Notes: generated by a model not told the origin, from the letters alone. Shown: positions 28,353 through 36,333, counted from the first letter of the stretch. The stretch is DNA of 43,780 bases from a virus (IMGVR_UViG_3300044788_000040:1-43780), one strand, 5' to 3'. Numbers and translations are program-made.

Positions 28353-29015
28353 TCACATCTTCGTCAGCTCGACGCGGAACCGCCCGTGCGGTCCAGGCGT
28401 TCGGCCGCTCGGTCGCCAGTCGCCGAGCCCCTTGTACTCGCCCGCAAACGAGAGGATCGAGAGCAGCGCATCCTGCGTGATCTGATCATCCCAGACGTCG
28501 ATGCGACCGCTGAGCTTCCACTCGTGGAACTTCGGGCGCACGCGGATGTGCTTCGACGCCCCGATCTTCGCTCGCTTCACGAACAGCGAGAATCCGCTCT
28601 TCTCCGCGATCGCCTTGTGCTTCTCGAAGTCGAGCTCGCTCTGCAGCTTGTAGATCGGCTTGGCGTCGATCGTCTTGCCGCGCACCTCGATGGCCCACGC
28701 TGGATCGGCGGTCATCATGCCGCTCTGCGTCTGCGCCTTGAACGTCTTGCCGTTCTTCCCGCCCGGGACGGGCACGCTAGCGCCGCCCTCCATGAAGCAG
28801 CGCATGAGGTTGTCGCTCGGCATCACCACGAGCCCGTCATGCTCGTAGAGGCAACCGAGCCACGTGAAGGCCGGCGTCCGATCGTCGCCCGCCTTGCTGA
28901 GCTTCTTGTTGCCAGGGTCCTCGCGCCATCGAGCGAGCTGGTCCGCGAACTCGATGTTGTCGCGGTGAAGCAGGAGGGGGGTGATCCCCGTGAGCGTTGC
29001 GTTGTAGCTGTTCAT
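28353..29015 (-). CDS. Stand-alone Cas7/RAMP-like protein (220 aa)
   Basis: YNATLTGITPLLLH, VMPSDNLMRCF, RVRPKFHEW, C-terminal Gly-rich loop GLGDWRPSGRTPGPHGRF; RBS AAGGGAG; start trimmed to ATG 29015. Confidence 0.8.
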   Translation of the reverse strand: MNSYNATLTGITPLLLHRDNIEFADQLARWREDPGNKKLSKAGDDRTPAFTWLGCLYEHDGLVVMPSDNLMRCFMEGGASVPVPGGKNGKTFKAQTQSGMMTADPAWAIEVRGKTIDAKPIYKLQSELDFEKHKAIAEKSGFSLFVKRAKIGASKHIRVRPKFHEWKLSGRIDVWDDQITQDALLSILSFAGEYKGLGDWRPSGRTPGPHGRFRVELTKM

Positions 29016-29030
29016 TCGATTCTCCCTTGA

Positions 29031-29120
29031 GTTGTGCGTTGCACCCATGCCTCGCCCTGCCACGCCGTGCCTCGCCCGGCCCGGCCGCGCCGTGCCTTGC
29101 CTCGCCATCCAGGCCTCGGC
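29031..29120 (-). repeat. GGC-NN pentamer array B2 (12 perfect units) with 3' hairpin
   Basis: NN = GA AA AC GC CG CG GA AC GT AG GA AT, then GGGTGCAACGCACAAC. Confidence 0.92.
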
Positions 29121-29124
29121 AGAT

Positions 29125-29613
29125 TCACTTGACCAGCCGCGCTCTCGGCAGCTGGTCCTGCGGTTTGAACTCGATCGCGATCTCCTTGCTCGCCTTGCGC
29201 AAGTGATCGGAAGTCGACTCCATGTGACGGAGCACGTGCTCCGCGACGCGCTGCTGCGCCTCGGGAAGCTTGCCGATCTCGACGCTACGGACGTCGTCGG
29301 CCGCCTTGCGGATCTGCTTCGCGCCGCGGCCGTATCGCTTGATGTCGTCGGCGATGCGATCCATGCCGTCGATGACGCGGAATCCGACGCCTGGAACCGT
29401 CGAGAGACGGAGGTTGTTGACCTTGAGGAGGTGTTTCCGCCACGACGCGGTCACGCTGCGGTAGCGCGCCGATCCGACTTCGACCGCGATCGCCTTGGCG
29501 ACGTCGGCATGAGCGATCTCGTCGTCCGCTTTGATGCCCGGAAATGCGGCGAGAAGCCTCCGAACATCTGGTTCAGTCGGGATTCCGCCGAGAAAAAGAC
29601 CGTGTTTACCCAT
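29125..29613 (-). CDS. Winged-helix-like accessory protein of RAMP locus (162 aa)
   Basis: Helical segment then LSTVPGVGFRV, resembling an OmpR-type wing; RBS GGAG; start trimmed to ATG 29613. Confidence 0.7.
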   Translation of the reverse strand: MGKHGLFLGGIPTEPDVRRLLAAFPGIKADDEIAHADVAKAIAVEVGSARYRSVTASWRKHLLKVNNLRLSTVPGVGFRVIDGMDRIADDIKRYGRGAKQIRKAADDVRSVEIGKLPEAQQRVAEHVLRHMESTSDHLRKASKEIAIEFKPQDQLPRARLVK

Positions 29614-29627
29614 CGTTTCGCTCCATT

Positions 29628-29722
29628 TTGTGATGAACACCCTCGCCTCGCCATGCCGAGCCACGCCCAGCCCTGCCGAGCCACGCCCAGCCCTGCCTTG
29701 CCTGGCCGCGCCGAGCCATGCC
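29628..29722 (-). repeat. GGC-NN pentamer array B1 (16 perfect units) with variant 3' hairpin
   Basis: NN = AT TC GC CA AA AG TG GT TC AG TG GT TC AT GA GA, then GGGTGTTCATCACAA. Confidence 0.92.
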
Positions 29723-29727
29723 GTGTA

Positions 29728-29766
29728 CTGTCCACCAGACATACGTCGTGGACAGAGACGCGTCAA
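29728..29766 (-). promoter_or_regulatory. Sigma70-like promoter TTGACG-N17-TATGTC with overlapping inverted repeat CTGTCCAC-N12-GTGGACAG
   Basis: -35 at 29766-29761, -10 at 29743-29738; predicted start just upstream of array B1. Confidence 0.55.
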
Positions 29767-29768
29767 CT

Positions 29769-30266
29769 CTAATCCGCGCCGACGGTGAGATCTTCGAGCG
29801 ACCGCCGAACGCGTCGATCGATCATCTCGATCTGCTTCGGCGTGAGCGTCGGGTCTTCCTGTCGACACCCAGCGGCGATGCCGAGCAGCTTAGTTTTGCA
29901 GCTCGTGAACACCTGCGCGAGACGGGCTTCGACATCCTTCACGGGCACGAGCTCGCTGCGGCGCTCTGCTAGCTTGAGGGCTTCGAACTCCGCGCGTGTC
30001 GCCTCTCGGAGCGAGCGACTCGTGTAGTACTCGGCCATGTCCTTGGACGTAGCGGCTGCGCGATCGACGCGCGGTCGACTGCTCGCGTCGAGCTCGCGGT
30101 CGGCGAGGTCTGGATCCGCGACCTTCGGCGCTCCGTTCACGCGGACAACGGATTCCTTGAGCCGGCCATCCGACACGGCCTTGCTGATCGCCTCGACGGA
30201 GACGCCACGGCGCGTCGCGTAGGCGCGTAACGACATTGGGCTGGTCTTTGTGGCGGTCCGCGTCAA
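29769..30266 (-). CDS. Terminase small subunit (Nu1-like)
   Basis: MSLRAYATRRGVSVEAISKAV HTH; LKLAERRSELVPVKDV; RBS AGGTGG before TTG. Confidence 0.85.
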   Translation of the reverse strand: MTRTATKTSPMSLRAYATRRGVSVEAISKAVSDGRLKESVVRVNGAPKVADPDLADRELDASSRPRVDRAAATSKDMAEYYTSRSLREATRAEFEALKLAERRSELVPVKDVEARLAQVFTSCKTKLLGIAAGCRQEDPTLTPKQIEMIDRRVRRSLEDLTVGAD

Positions 30267-30399
30267 TCGTCCACCTATTCACGAATCGACTTCATCGCGT
30301 TAGATCTCGCGATGTTCCTTACCCGCAACCGGTGGAGTACCCGGTAAGAACCTACACGCACGGGTAGGGGGGTTACTGAAGCCACTCGTCTATCTCGTG

Positions 30400-30951
30400 T
30401 CACTTCCCGACCTCGATCGGCAGCACACGCGCGAACGTCGCAGCGAACGACTTGCCTCCGCGATCGGCGACGCCCTGTGCCTCGCCCTCGTGCAGCAGTG
30501 CATCGACAGGCCGCGACCCACGCAGCTCTTCGATCGGCAAGCGTGCCTTGCCACGCCGACGGAACACGCCCCTGTGTCCGCTCTTCATGGTCGCGATGAA
30601 CGCGCCCTTCACCAGCGTGCGCTTGCCGCGGTTGACCTCGACGCTGACGCCCTTCTTCGTCTGGCGCGCCGGGTACGCGATCAGCGGAACTGGCTCGCCG
30701 GAGACAAGCACCGACCACTTCATGCCGTTGATGTCGCTTCCGCGAGGTCGACTCAACGTCAGCGAGCGCGAGATGTAGCTCGACTTGATGCGCTTGCGAG
30801 CCCGGATACGCTTGCTCGCCTCCGACCGCATGTCTCGCAGCGCCGTAGCTCCGGACTTGCGGAGTGCGCGCTTCAATGCGCCCGTGAGCGGCCCGGTCTC
30901 GAGCGCCCGCATGCCGCTGCGATCCCACGTTGCGTTGATGCTGACGGTCAT
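30400..30951 (-). CDS. Minor tail protein Z-like
   Basis: GAFIATMKSGHRGVFRRRGKARLPIEEL. Confidence 0.75.
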   Translation of the reverse strand: MTVSINATWDRSGMRALETGPLTGALKRALRKSGATALRDMRSEASKRIRARKRIKSSYISRSLTLSRPRGSDINGMKWSVLVSGEPVPLIAYPARQTKKGVSVEVNRGKRTLVKGAFIATMKSGHRGVFRRRGKARLPIEELRGSRPVDALLHEGEAQGVADRGGKSFAATFARVLPIEVGK

Positions 30952-30978
30952 TGCCTTGCTCCAGTCCCGAAGATGGGA

Positions 30979-31317
30979 CTACCGACGACGAAAGCCCCTA
31001 CGCTGGGCTACTTTCACAGCGAGATCTCGGTACAAATATTTGCGGTCCTGCCGATCGCCAGTGTAGCGAACGAAACCGCGGCTCGCCCAAAAGGACAGCG
31101 TTTGGCGTGCGACGCCCATCGCCAACACCTCGCGATGCGTGATCCAGCGTGCGCCTCGTCCCGGTTCGCGCGGTCCCGAGCAGCGCTGCTCGAGGTGTGC
31201 GAGCAGATCCGCCGGCATCACCTGCGTGTCGCAGATCGGGCATGTCACGGCGGGCTCGCGCGCACGATCGAGATCGAGAGATCGCTTCTCGGAGATCGAG
31301 AGCTTCTGATAGGTCAT
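30979..31317 (-). CDS. Zn-finger + MerR/Xis-like HTH protein
   Basis: CPIC...HLEQRC; GVARQTLSFWASRGFVR...RKYLYRDL. Confidence 0.65.
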   Translation of the reverse strand: MTYQKLSISEKRSLDLDRAREPAVTCPICDTQVMPADLLAHLEQRCSGPREPGRGARWITHREVLAMGVARQTLSFWASRGFVRYTGDRQDRKYLYRDLAVKVAQRRGFRRR

Positions 31318-31688
31318 CGCTCGGTCTCGCCTTTCAAACGATCGAGCCTGTCGAGCTCGGCGGGCGTCTTCCAGCGCGGCCAGCCAGGCGGCGGGTCAGG
31401 CATCTTCCTGCGATTGCCGCCGTCGAGCAGCAACACCTCGAGCACGCCGCGCAAGGACTCGGTGCGCTGGCGACAGAGCTCGACCTCGCCGCTGAAATCG
31501 TGAACCGCCGCGAGCGTGAGGACCTGGCGACGTAGGTCCGCGATGGTCTCGTTCGGTTTGTCGATGCGAGAACGTTCCACGTGGAGCGCCGCGTTCGTGC
31601 GCTCGAGTCGTGAGAGCAGCTGACCGGCCACCGTCAGCGTGGCGACGAGCATCAGCACGAACAGTGCGATGTGGAGCGCTCGAGTCAT
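31314..31688 (-). CDS. Membrane-anchored coiled-coil hypothetical protein
   Basis: Hydrophobic N-terminus; coupled overlaps. Confidence 0.6.
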   Translation of the reverse strand: MTRALHIALFVLMLVATLTVAGQLLSRLERTNAALHVERSRIDKPNETIADLRRQVLTLAAVHDFSGEVELCRQRTESLRGVLEVLLLDGGNRRKMPDPPPGWPRWKTPAELDRLDRLKGETER

Positions 31689-32230
31689 GCGGTCGCCGTC
31701 CTGATGCTTGTGGTGCCAGGAACAAGAGAAGCGAACACGCCGACACCAACCGCGTCGAGCGCGTGATTGCGGTCGGCGCGCGGGATCGAGAGCAGCGTCG
31801 AGACTTGCCCATCGACGAAGCGGCCGAGCGCGGCGAACACCACCTCGTAGTCGACCTTCCCATCACACCCAAGCACGGCGTGCTGCCATTGCTTCGGCTG
31901 CACCTCGAGGAGCGAGGCGTTGAGCTCTACAGCAAGCCCGGCTATCGCTCCCCAGAACAGGCACAGCGAGACAGCCATCCTGAAGCGCGCCTTCGGTGGT
32001 CCTCCGAACGACATCGCCTCGGCCGCAACGGTGTCGCAGCCGTACTTGCGCGCCACCGAGCGCAGCGTCTCGACGAGCCGCACGATTCGGCGAGCGCGAT
32101 CGGTCGACTCGATGACGCCCTCGGCCGGCGTGCTGGTGAGCGTGCCGAGCTCGAGCACGCGAGCGGTCCGCTTGCGCACGACCGCGTAGCCGCACGTGCC
32201 AAGACCGCCGTCGAGCGCGAGGATCGTCAC
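31685..32230 (-). CDS. ruvC: RuvC-like Holliday junction resolvase
   Basis: ILALDGGLGTCGYAVV, VAAEAM, VQPKQWQ, HALDAVGV. Confidence 0.88.
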   Translation of the reverse strand: MTILALDGGLGTCGYAVVRKRTARVLELGTLTSTPAEGVIESTDRARRIVRLVETLRSVARKYGCDTVAAEAMSFGGPPKARFRMAVSLCLFWGAIAGLAVELNASLLEVQPKQWQHAVLGCDGKVDYEVVFAALGRFVDGQVSTLLSIPRADRNHALDAVGVGVFASLVPGTTSIRTATA

Positions 32231-32568
32231 GTTGGGGGTTCCTCGCCGAGCTCGGTGAGGTCAACCACTTCGAGCCCGGCCGCAGCCACCGCGTCGCGCT
32301 CCCACGTCATCCCGGCCGAGATCCGGCCACCCACAAGCACGATGCCGTCACACCGCACTGCGACCGCGCAGTCGTCGGCGAGGCCGCGAGCACGAGCAGC
32401 CGGGTCGTCGTCGTCTGCTCCCGCCATGATCGCCGAGATCCATGGCGCGATGATCGCGGTCTCCGGATACCGGGCCATCAGGTACCGGAGCCAACGCAGT
32501 GCGCGGGCGATGTTCGCACCAACGTCGCCAGATACCGGGTGAGCCATGTACAAGACTCGGCGTTTCAT
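32227..32568 (-). CDS. DUF1937/DUF4406-like (nucleoside deoxyribosyltransferase-like fold) protein
   Basis: VLYMAHPVSGD, IAPW, RCDGIVLVGGRISAGMTWE. Confidence 0.7.
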   Translation of the reverse strand: MKRRVLYMAHPVSGDVGANIARALRWLRYLMARYPETAIIAPWISAIMAGADDDDPAARARGLADDCAVAVRCDGIVLVGGRISAGMTWERDAVAAAGLEVVDLTELGEEPPT

Positions 32569-32741
32569 CGCTTGCCTCCTGGTCCGTAGTTCGGCGGTGA
32601 AATCTCGCGAGCTGGCGGACCCGTGTGCTCGCCCTCGTGCCCGTCGATGAGCACGCACCATCGACCGGGCGAGAATCGGTGAGCACACGGCTTTGCTGGC
32701 CGTGCCTCGCGATCCGCGCCCATGTCGAGCTCGACGGTCAT
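32565..32741 (-). CDS. Small Cys/His protein
   Basis: PCAH...WCVLIDGHEGEH; coupled to neighbours. Confidence 0.55.
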   Translation of the reverse strand: MTVELDMGADREARPAKPCAHRFSPGRWCVLIDGHEGEHTGPPAREISPPNYGPGGKR

Positions 32742-32743
32742 GG

Positions 32744-32959
32744 CTACTTCTCGTTGGCGCTCTTCGGCTGTCGATTGAGGTGGTCGCGGATATCCGCGAG
32801 CGCGATGGACGATGCGGAACGCCCGCCGATCCACGACTGGACCGTTTCGCCAGCCTGAAACCGGCGATTCATCTCTGCACTCGCGAGCGCTTCTGCGTCG
32901 GTTGCGTCGAGATACCTGCGGACCAAGCGCTGCAGCTCCGCTTCGGCGTTGTCGCTCAC
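32744..32959 (-). CDS. Hypothetical protein
   Basis: 71 aa; GTGA overlap. Confidence 0.55.
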   Translation of the reverse strand: MSDNAEAELQRLVRRYLDATDAEALASAEMNRRFQAGETVQSWIGGRSASSIALADIRDHLNRQPKSANEK

Positions 32960-33405
32960 TTCTTCTTCGACTTCCCGCGCTTCTTCGCTGCGGTCTCGGG
33001 CACGACCACGTTGCCCTCACTGTCGACCTCGGCGTGGGCCTCGTCCTGCTGGGCTTTCATCGCCATGTCGATGAGCCCGGGGTGAACGCCGTTGGTGGAC
33101 GGTTCGCCGGAAGACTCGATGCCCTCGCCGATCTGCGGCTCGGCCTCACCGGTCTTGCGAACGCCTGCCTTCGGATCCGGCTCCTCGATGTACGCCTCGA
33201 GCTCTTCGCCGTTGTCGTCCTCGAACTTGTACCGCTTGACCTTATTGGCCTTCATGATCGCAAGCAGCTCGAGCCGCTTCTGCGTCTCGCGTTTCGACAT
33301 CGCTGCGCGCTCATCGCGCACCTCGCGATAAGCTTCCGCTGCTGATTCGATGTCCGGGTGGGTGATCCGCTCTGTGCCCGCGATTTGAAGTTGTCTCTTG
33401 GCCAT
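32956..33405 (-). CDS. Hypothetical protein (helical, acidic)
   Basis: MAKRQLQIAGTE..., IESAAEAYREVRDERAAM; start trimmed to ATG 33405. Confidence 0.7.
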   Translation of the reverse strand: MAKRQLQIAGTERITHPDIESAAEAYREVRDERAAMSKRETQKRLELLAIMKANKVKRYKFEDDNGEELEAYIEEPDPKAGVRKTGEAEPQIGEGIESSGEPSTNGVHPGLIDMAMKAQQDEAHAEVDSEGNVVVPETAAKKRGKSKKK

Positions 33406-33407
33406 TG

Positions 33408-33932
33408 CTATCTCTTTCGTCGTTGGAAGGTTCGAATCCGATGACAGTTCGAGCAGACGAGATCGCATTTCGCTATCTCGTCGAGAATGAGTTGTTGGTT
33501 GAGCCAGGCGCAGAGCGAACCGACGTTGTTGATCTTCGTCTCGCCAGGCCGGTGATCGAAGTCCATGCACACCGGCGGGAACGTTCCTCCGCAATCCATG
33601 CAGGGCCGACTCTTGAGGCCGTTCACGAACGCGCGATTCTCAGCGACTCGCAGGTTCTGAGCCTTCACCTTGTCGGGGTTGGCCAAACGCCATGCCTTGT
33701 TCCGAGCGTGCTGCTTGGCTGGGTCGCGTTGGTAGGAGGCGCGGCTTATAGCCCGCGACCTCTCCGGGTTTGACGCTCTCCACCGTCGAGACTTTGCGTT
33801 GTTGTATTCGCGTCGCTCCTTGCTCGCTGCAGCGATCTTCTCCTTGTTCGCCGCTCGGTACTTGGCATTCGAGGCTTTCCTGGATTCGGGGTTTCGGGCG
33901 GCCCACGCCTTTCGGTACTCCTGACGAGTCAT
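33408..33932 (-). CDS. HNH endonuclease
   Basis: PCMDCG...MDFDHR...KCDLVCSNCHRIRT with basic helical N-terminal repeats. Confidence 0.85.
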   Translation of the reverse strand: MTRQEYRKAWAARNPESRKASNAKYRAANKEKIAAASKERREYNNAKSRRWRASNPERSRAISRASYQRDPAKQHARNKAWRLANPDKVKAQNLRVAENRAFVNGLKSRPCMDCGGTFPPVCMDFDHRPGETKINNVGSLCAWLNQQLILDEIAKCDLVCSNCHRIRTFQRRKR

Positions 33933-34447
33933 CGAGGCCTCCAAGAAAAGCAGGCGCGGAGGATGGCAGGCGTTGCGTCGGCCTCGTCTCGATAAAATAA
34001 TCCGTGTGGAAACGTGTTCGAGCTCGCGCGCACGCCCGGTGGTGGTTCGAAGTTGACTCGTCGGCCGCGCGGCAAGCACACCAGACTCGTCGCGCGATAC
34101 AGCTCCGAGAACCACGCGGTGCTCGGGTCGAAGCGAAGCAGGAAGCAAAACCGCGTGTGCTTGTACGCGCGGAACCACTCGAGCACGGAGCCGTTCTCGT
34201 ACGGCGGATTCACGAACACACGGCGCTCCGGTGCCACCGCGATCGCGAACGCCAGACCGTCGTCGCCTTCCTCAAGCGAGAGCCGTTGCGTCGCGCGGAT
34301 GTGCGAGCGGTCGTTGCTGCACGGGTCGAGCTCGAACCGGCCGATCGCCTCGGCGAGCCACGCCGGCGTGCACCATGTGCTCCGGCTGGGGTCGTTGCTG
34401 CCGCCGTTGACGTTCGGGCGTCGACGCGTTTGCTTGTTCGCGATCAC
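33929..34447 (-). CDS. Phage DNA N6-adenine methyltransferase (Dam-like)
   Basis: WCTP, FELDPCS, VFVNPPY, GRRVNF. Confidence 0.85.
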   Translation of the reverse strand: MIANKQTRRRPNVNGGSNDPSRSTWCTPAWLAEAIGRFELDPCSNDRSHIRATQRLSLEEGDDGLAFAIAVAPERRVFVNPPYENGSVLEWFRAYKHTRFCFLLRFDPSTAWFSELYRATSLVCLPRGRRVNFEPPPGVRASSNTFPHGLFYRDEADATPAILRACFSWRPR

Positions 34448-36333
34448 AGCCAGTCCTCAGCTTTCTTCGTCGTGCTGCTCGTGCTGCGACCGATGCGCGA
34501 CTCGCGCTCACGGATGAACGTCATCGGCGAGAAGCCGCGCGTCTTCGCCATCACGATGAGCTGCGTGGCGCGAGAGAACGTCATGTCGCGCGTGTCGAGC
34601 TTGAGCTTGTTGAGCAGGCGACATTGCGGAATGGTCGCGAGCCCGAGCCGCCGGCGTTCGGTGATCGCGTCGAGGATTCGTGCTGCATCGCCTTTCGTCA
34701 GACCTGCTGGTGGTTTCGAGATGCCGGCCTTGTCGAGCGCGGCGATCTGCTTCTCGCTCGCCGGATCGCTGGCCCACGGTGCGTTCGGATCCGGCGGTGG
34801 CATCTGGTCGCCGAGGAACGGGTCGATTTCCTTCTCTCGAAACAGCGCGATTGCGATCAGCCCAGCTCGTGCTCTCACCTGGGCCGCCATTTGTTCGGCC
34901 AGTGCGAGCGCGTCCTCGACGTATTCCTCGGTGGCCAGCAGCTTCTCCAGCTGATCGCGAGTCTCTTCGTCGAGCGTGCCGCCGAGCGCATCAGCAGGAC
35001 CGACGAGGCGATGCTTGCTGTTGCCAACGAAGTCGAGAATCAGCGCGTGTGTCTTGCCCGGATGGAGCCGTGTCGCTCTTCCGAGCATTTGGCAGTACAG
35101 ACTGCGACTCTGCGTCGGGCGCGCCATCGCCACACACTCGATGCTCGGCTCGTCGAATCCTTCCGTGAACAGCGCGCAGTTCACGAGGAACTGGAACGTG
35201 CCCGCGCGAAACAGCGAGAGGGCTGCGGCGCGTTCTTCAGGCTTGGCCGAACCGTCGACGGCGATCGCCGAGGCTGGTCGGTAGCGGTTGATCATCTCGG
35301 CGAGCGCGTGGGCGTGCGCGACGTCGACGCCGAACACGAGCGTGCGCCGCTTGCCGCAGAGCTCGACGAGCGGCGAAACCACGCCGTGCAGCGCCTTCTC
35401 CTCGGTGAGCCGCTTGCCGAGCTCGGCCTGGTCGAAGTCGCCGTGATGGGAGCGAATCGCCGAGAGGTCGATGTCGCCGACGAGCACGCGCCGAGCACGC
35501 AGCGGTGCGAGGAAGCCTTCGCGGATCGCCGTGCGCATGTCGTACGTGAACGCGACCGAGCCGAAGATCTTGCCGAGGGCTCGACCATCGCCGCGATCGG
35601 GCGTTGCCGTGACGCCGAGGATCTTGGCGCGGGGGAAGTGCTCGAGCACGGTCGTGTAGCTCGTCGCTGCCGCGTGGTGTGCCTCGTCGACGACGATGAG
35701 CGTGAACGCGTCGGACAAGTATCGGGTGAGCCGCTTGCCACGCAGCGACTGCACCGAAGCGATCACGACGTCGGCGCGCGACGAGCCACGGCGATCACCC
35801 TGCTCGATGCTCGCGCGGATACCGAGGGCCAGAAGCTTCTCGGCGGCCTGGTCGAGCAGCTCGGTGCGATGCGCGAGGATCAGCACGCGACCGCCGGCGG
35901 TCACCGCGCGGTGCGCGAGGTCGGCGAACACGACCGTCTTGCCGGTGCCGGTGGGGAGCACGAGCAGGGTGGATCTCTTGCTCGAGAGCTCGTGTTCTAC
36001 AGCGGCTATCGCGTCGCGTTGGTACTGCCGCAAAATCGGAGTCGAAACCAAAACTGCGGAGTCCCCGGGCGCGATCCCGCAGTGAGGCCCCGCAGCCCCC
36101 GAGGCTTCCAAGCCGACGGGGTTCCCGGCTGCGGGGTCTTCACTGCGGGGTCCCAGCCTCTCCACCACCCTCCCGCACTCCGCATTTGGGGGGTGTGGGG
36201 GGAATGCGCGGGGGGGTAGTTGCGGGATCTGCTCGGTCAAGGTGCCACCCCGCATTGCGGGGTCTGTGTGATCGATTGCGGGGTGCGTCCAGGACAGCAA
36301 GTCCCCCTGTGCTGCCGACATGGATCGGGTCAC
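34444..36333 (-). CDS. SF2 DEAD/DEAH-box helicase (start uncertain, core begins near 36030)
   Basis: LRQYQ, LPTGTGKT, VVDEAHH, TATPDRGD, TEGFDEP, QMLGRATR. Confidence 0.9.
   Translation of the reverse strand: MTRSMSAAQGDLLSWTHPAIDHTDPAMRGGTLTEQIPQLPPRAFPPHPPNAECGRVVERLGPRSEDPAAGNPVGLEASGAAGPHCGIAPGDSAVLVSTPILRQYQRDAIAAVEHELSSKRSTLLVLPTGTGKTVVFADLAHRAVTAGGRVLILAHRTELLDQAAEKLLALGIRASIEQGDRRGSSRADVVIASVQSLRGKRLTRYLSDAFTLIVVDEAHHAAATSYTTVLEHFPRAKILGVTATPDRGDGRALGKIFGSVAFTYDMRTAIREGFLAPLRARRVLVGDIDLSAIRSHHGDFDQAELGKRLTEEKALHGVVSPLVELCGKRRTLVFGVDVAHAHALAEMINRYRPASAIAVDGSAKPEERAAALSLFRAGTFQFLVNCALFTEGFDEPSIECVAMARPTQSRSLYCQMLGRATRLHPGKTHALILDFVGNSKHRLVGPADALGGTLDEETRDQLEKLLATEEYVEDALALAEQMAAQVRARAGLIAIALFREKEIDPFLGDQMPPPDPNAPWASDPASEKQIAALDKAGISKPPAGLTKGDAARILDAITERRRLGLATIPQCRLLNKLKLDTRDMTFSRATQLIVMAKTRGFSPMTFIRERESRIGRSTSSTTKKAEDWL

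Noticed and set aside
27968-29722. Conventional CRISPR array using GGGTGCAACGCAC as repeat
   Set aside because: Repeat is only 13-16 nt, copies are separated by whole genes, and no cas1/cas2 is present
28265-29868. N-terminal extensions of ORFs 28043-28294, 28353-29108 and 29125-29868
   Set aside because: They translate the arrays or their tails; RBS plus ATG lie just downstream of each array
33408-36333. HNH + MTase + helicase as a restriction-modification or defence system
   Set aside because: Common unlinked genes of phage replication regions; no specificity subunit or other sign of a unit
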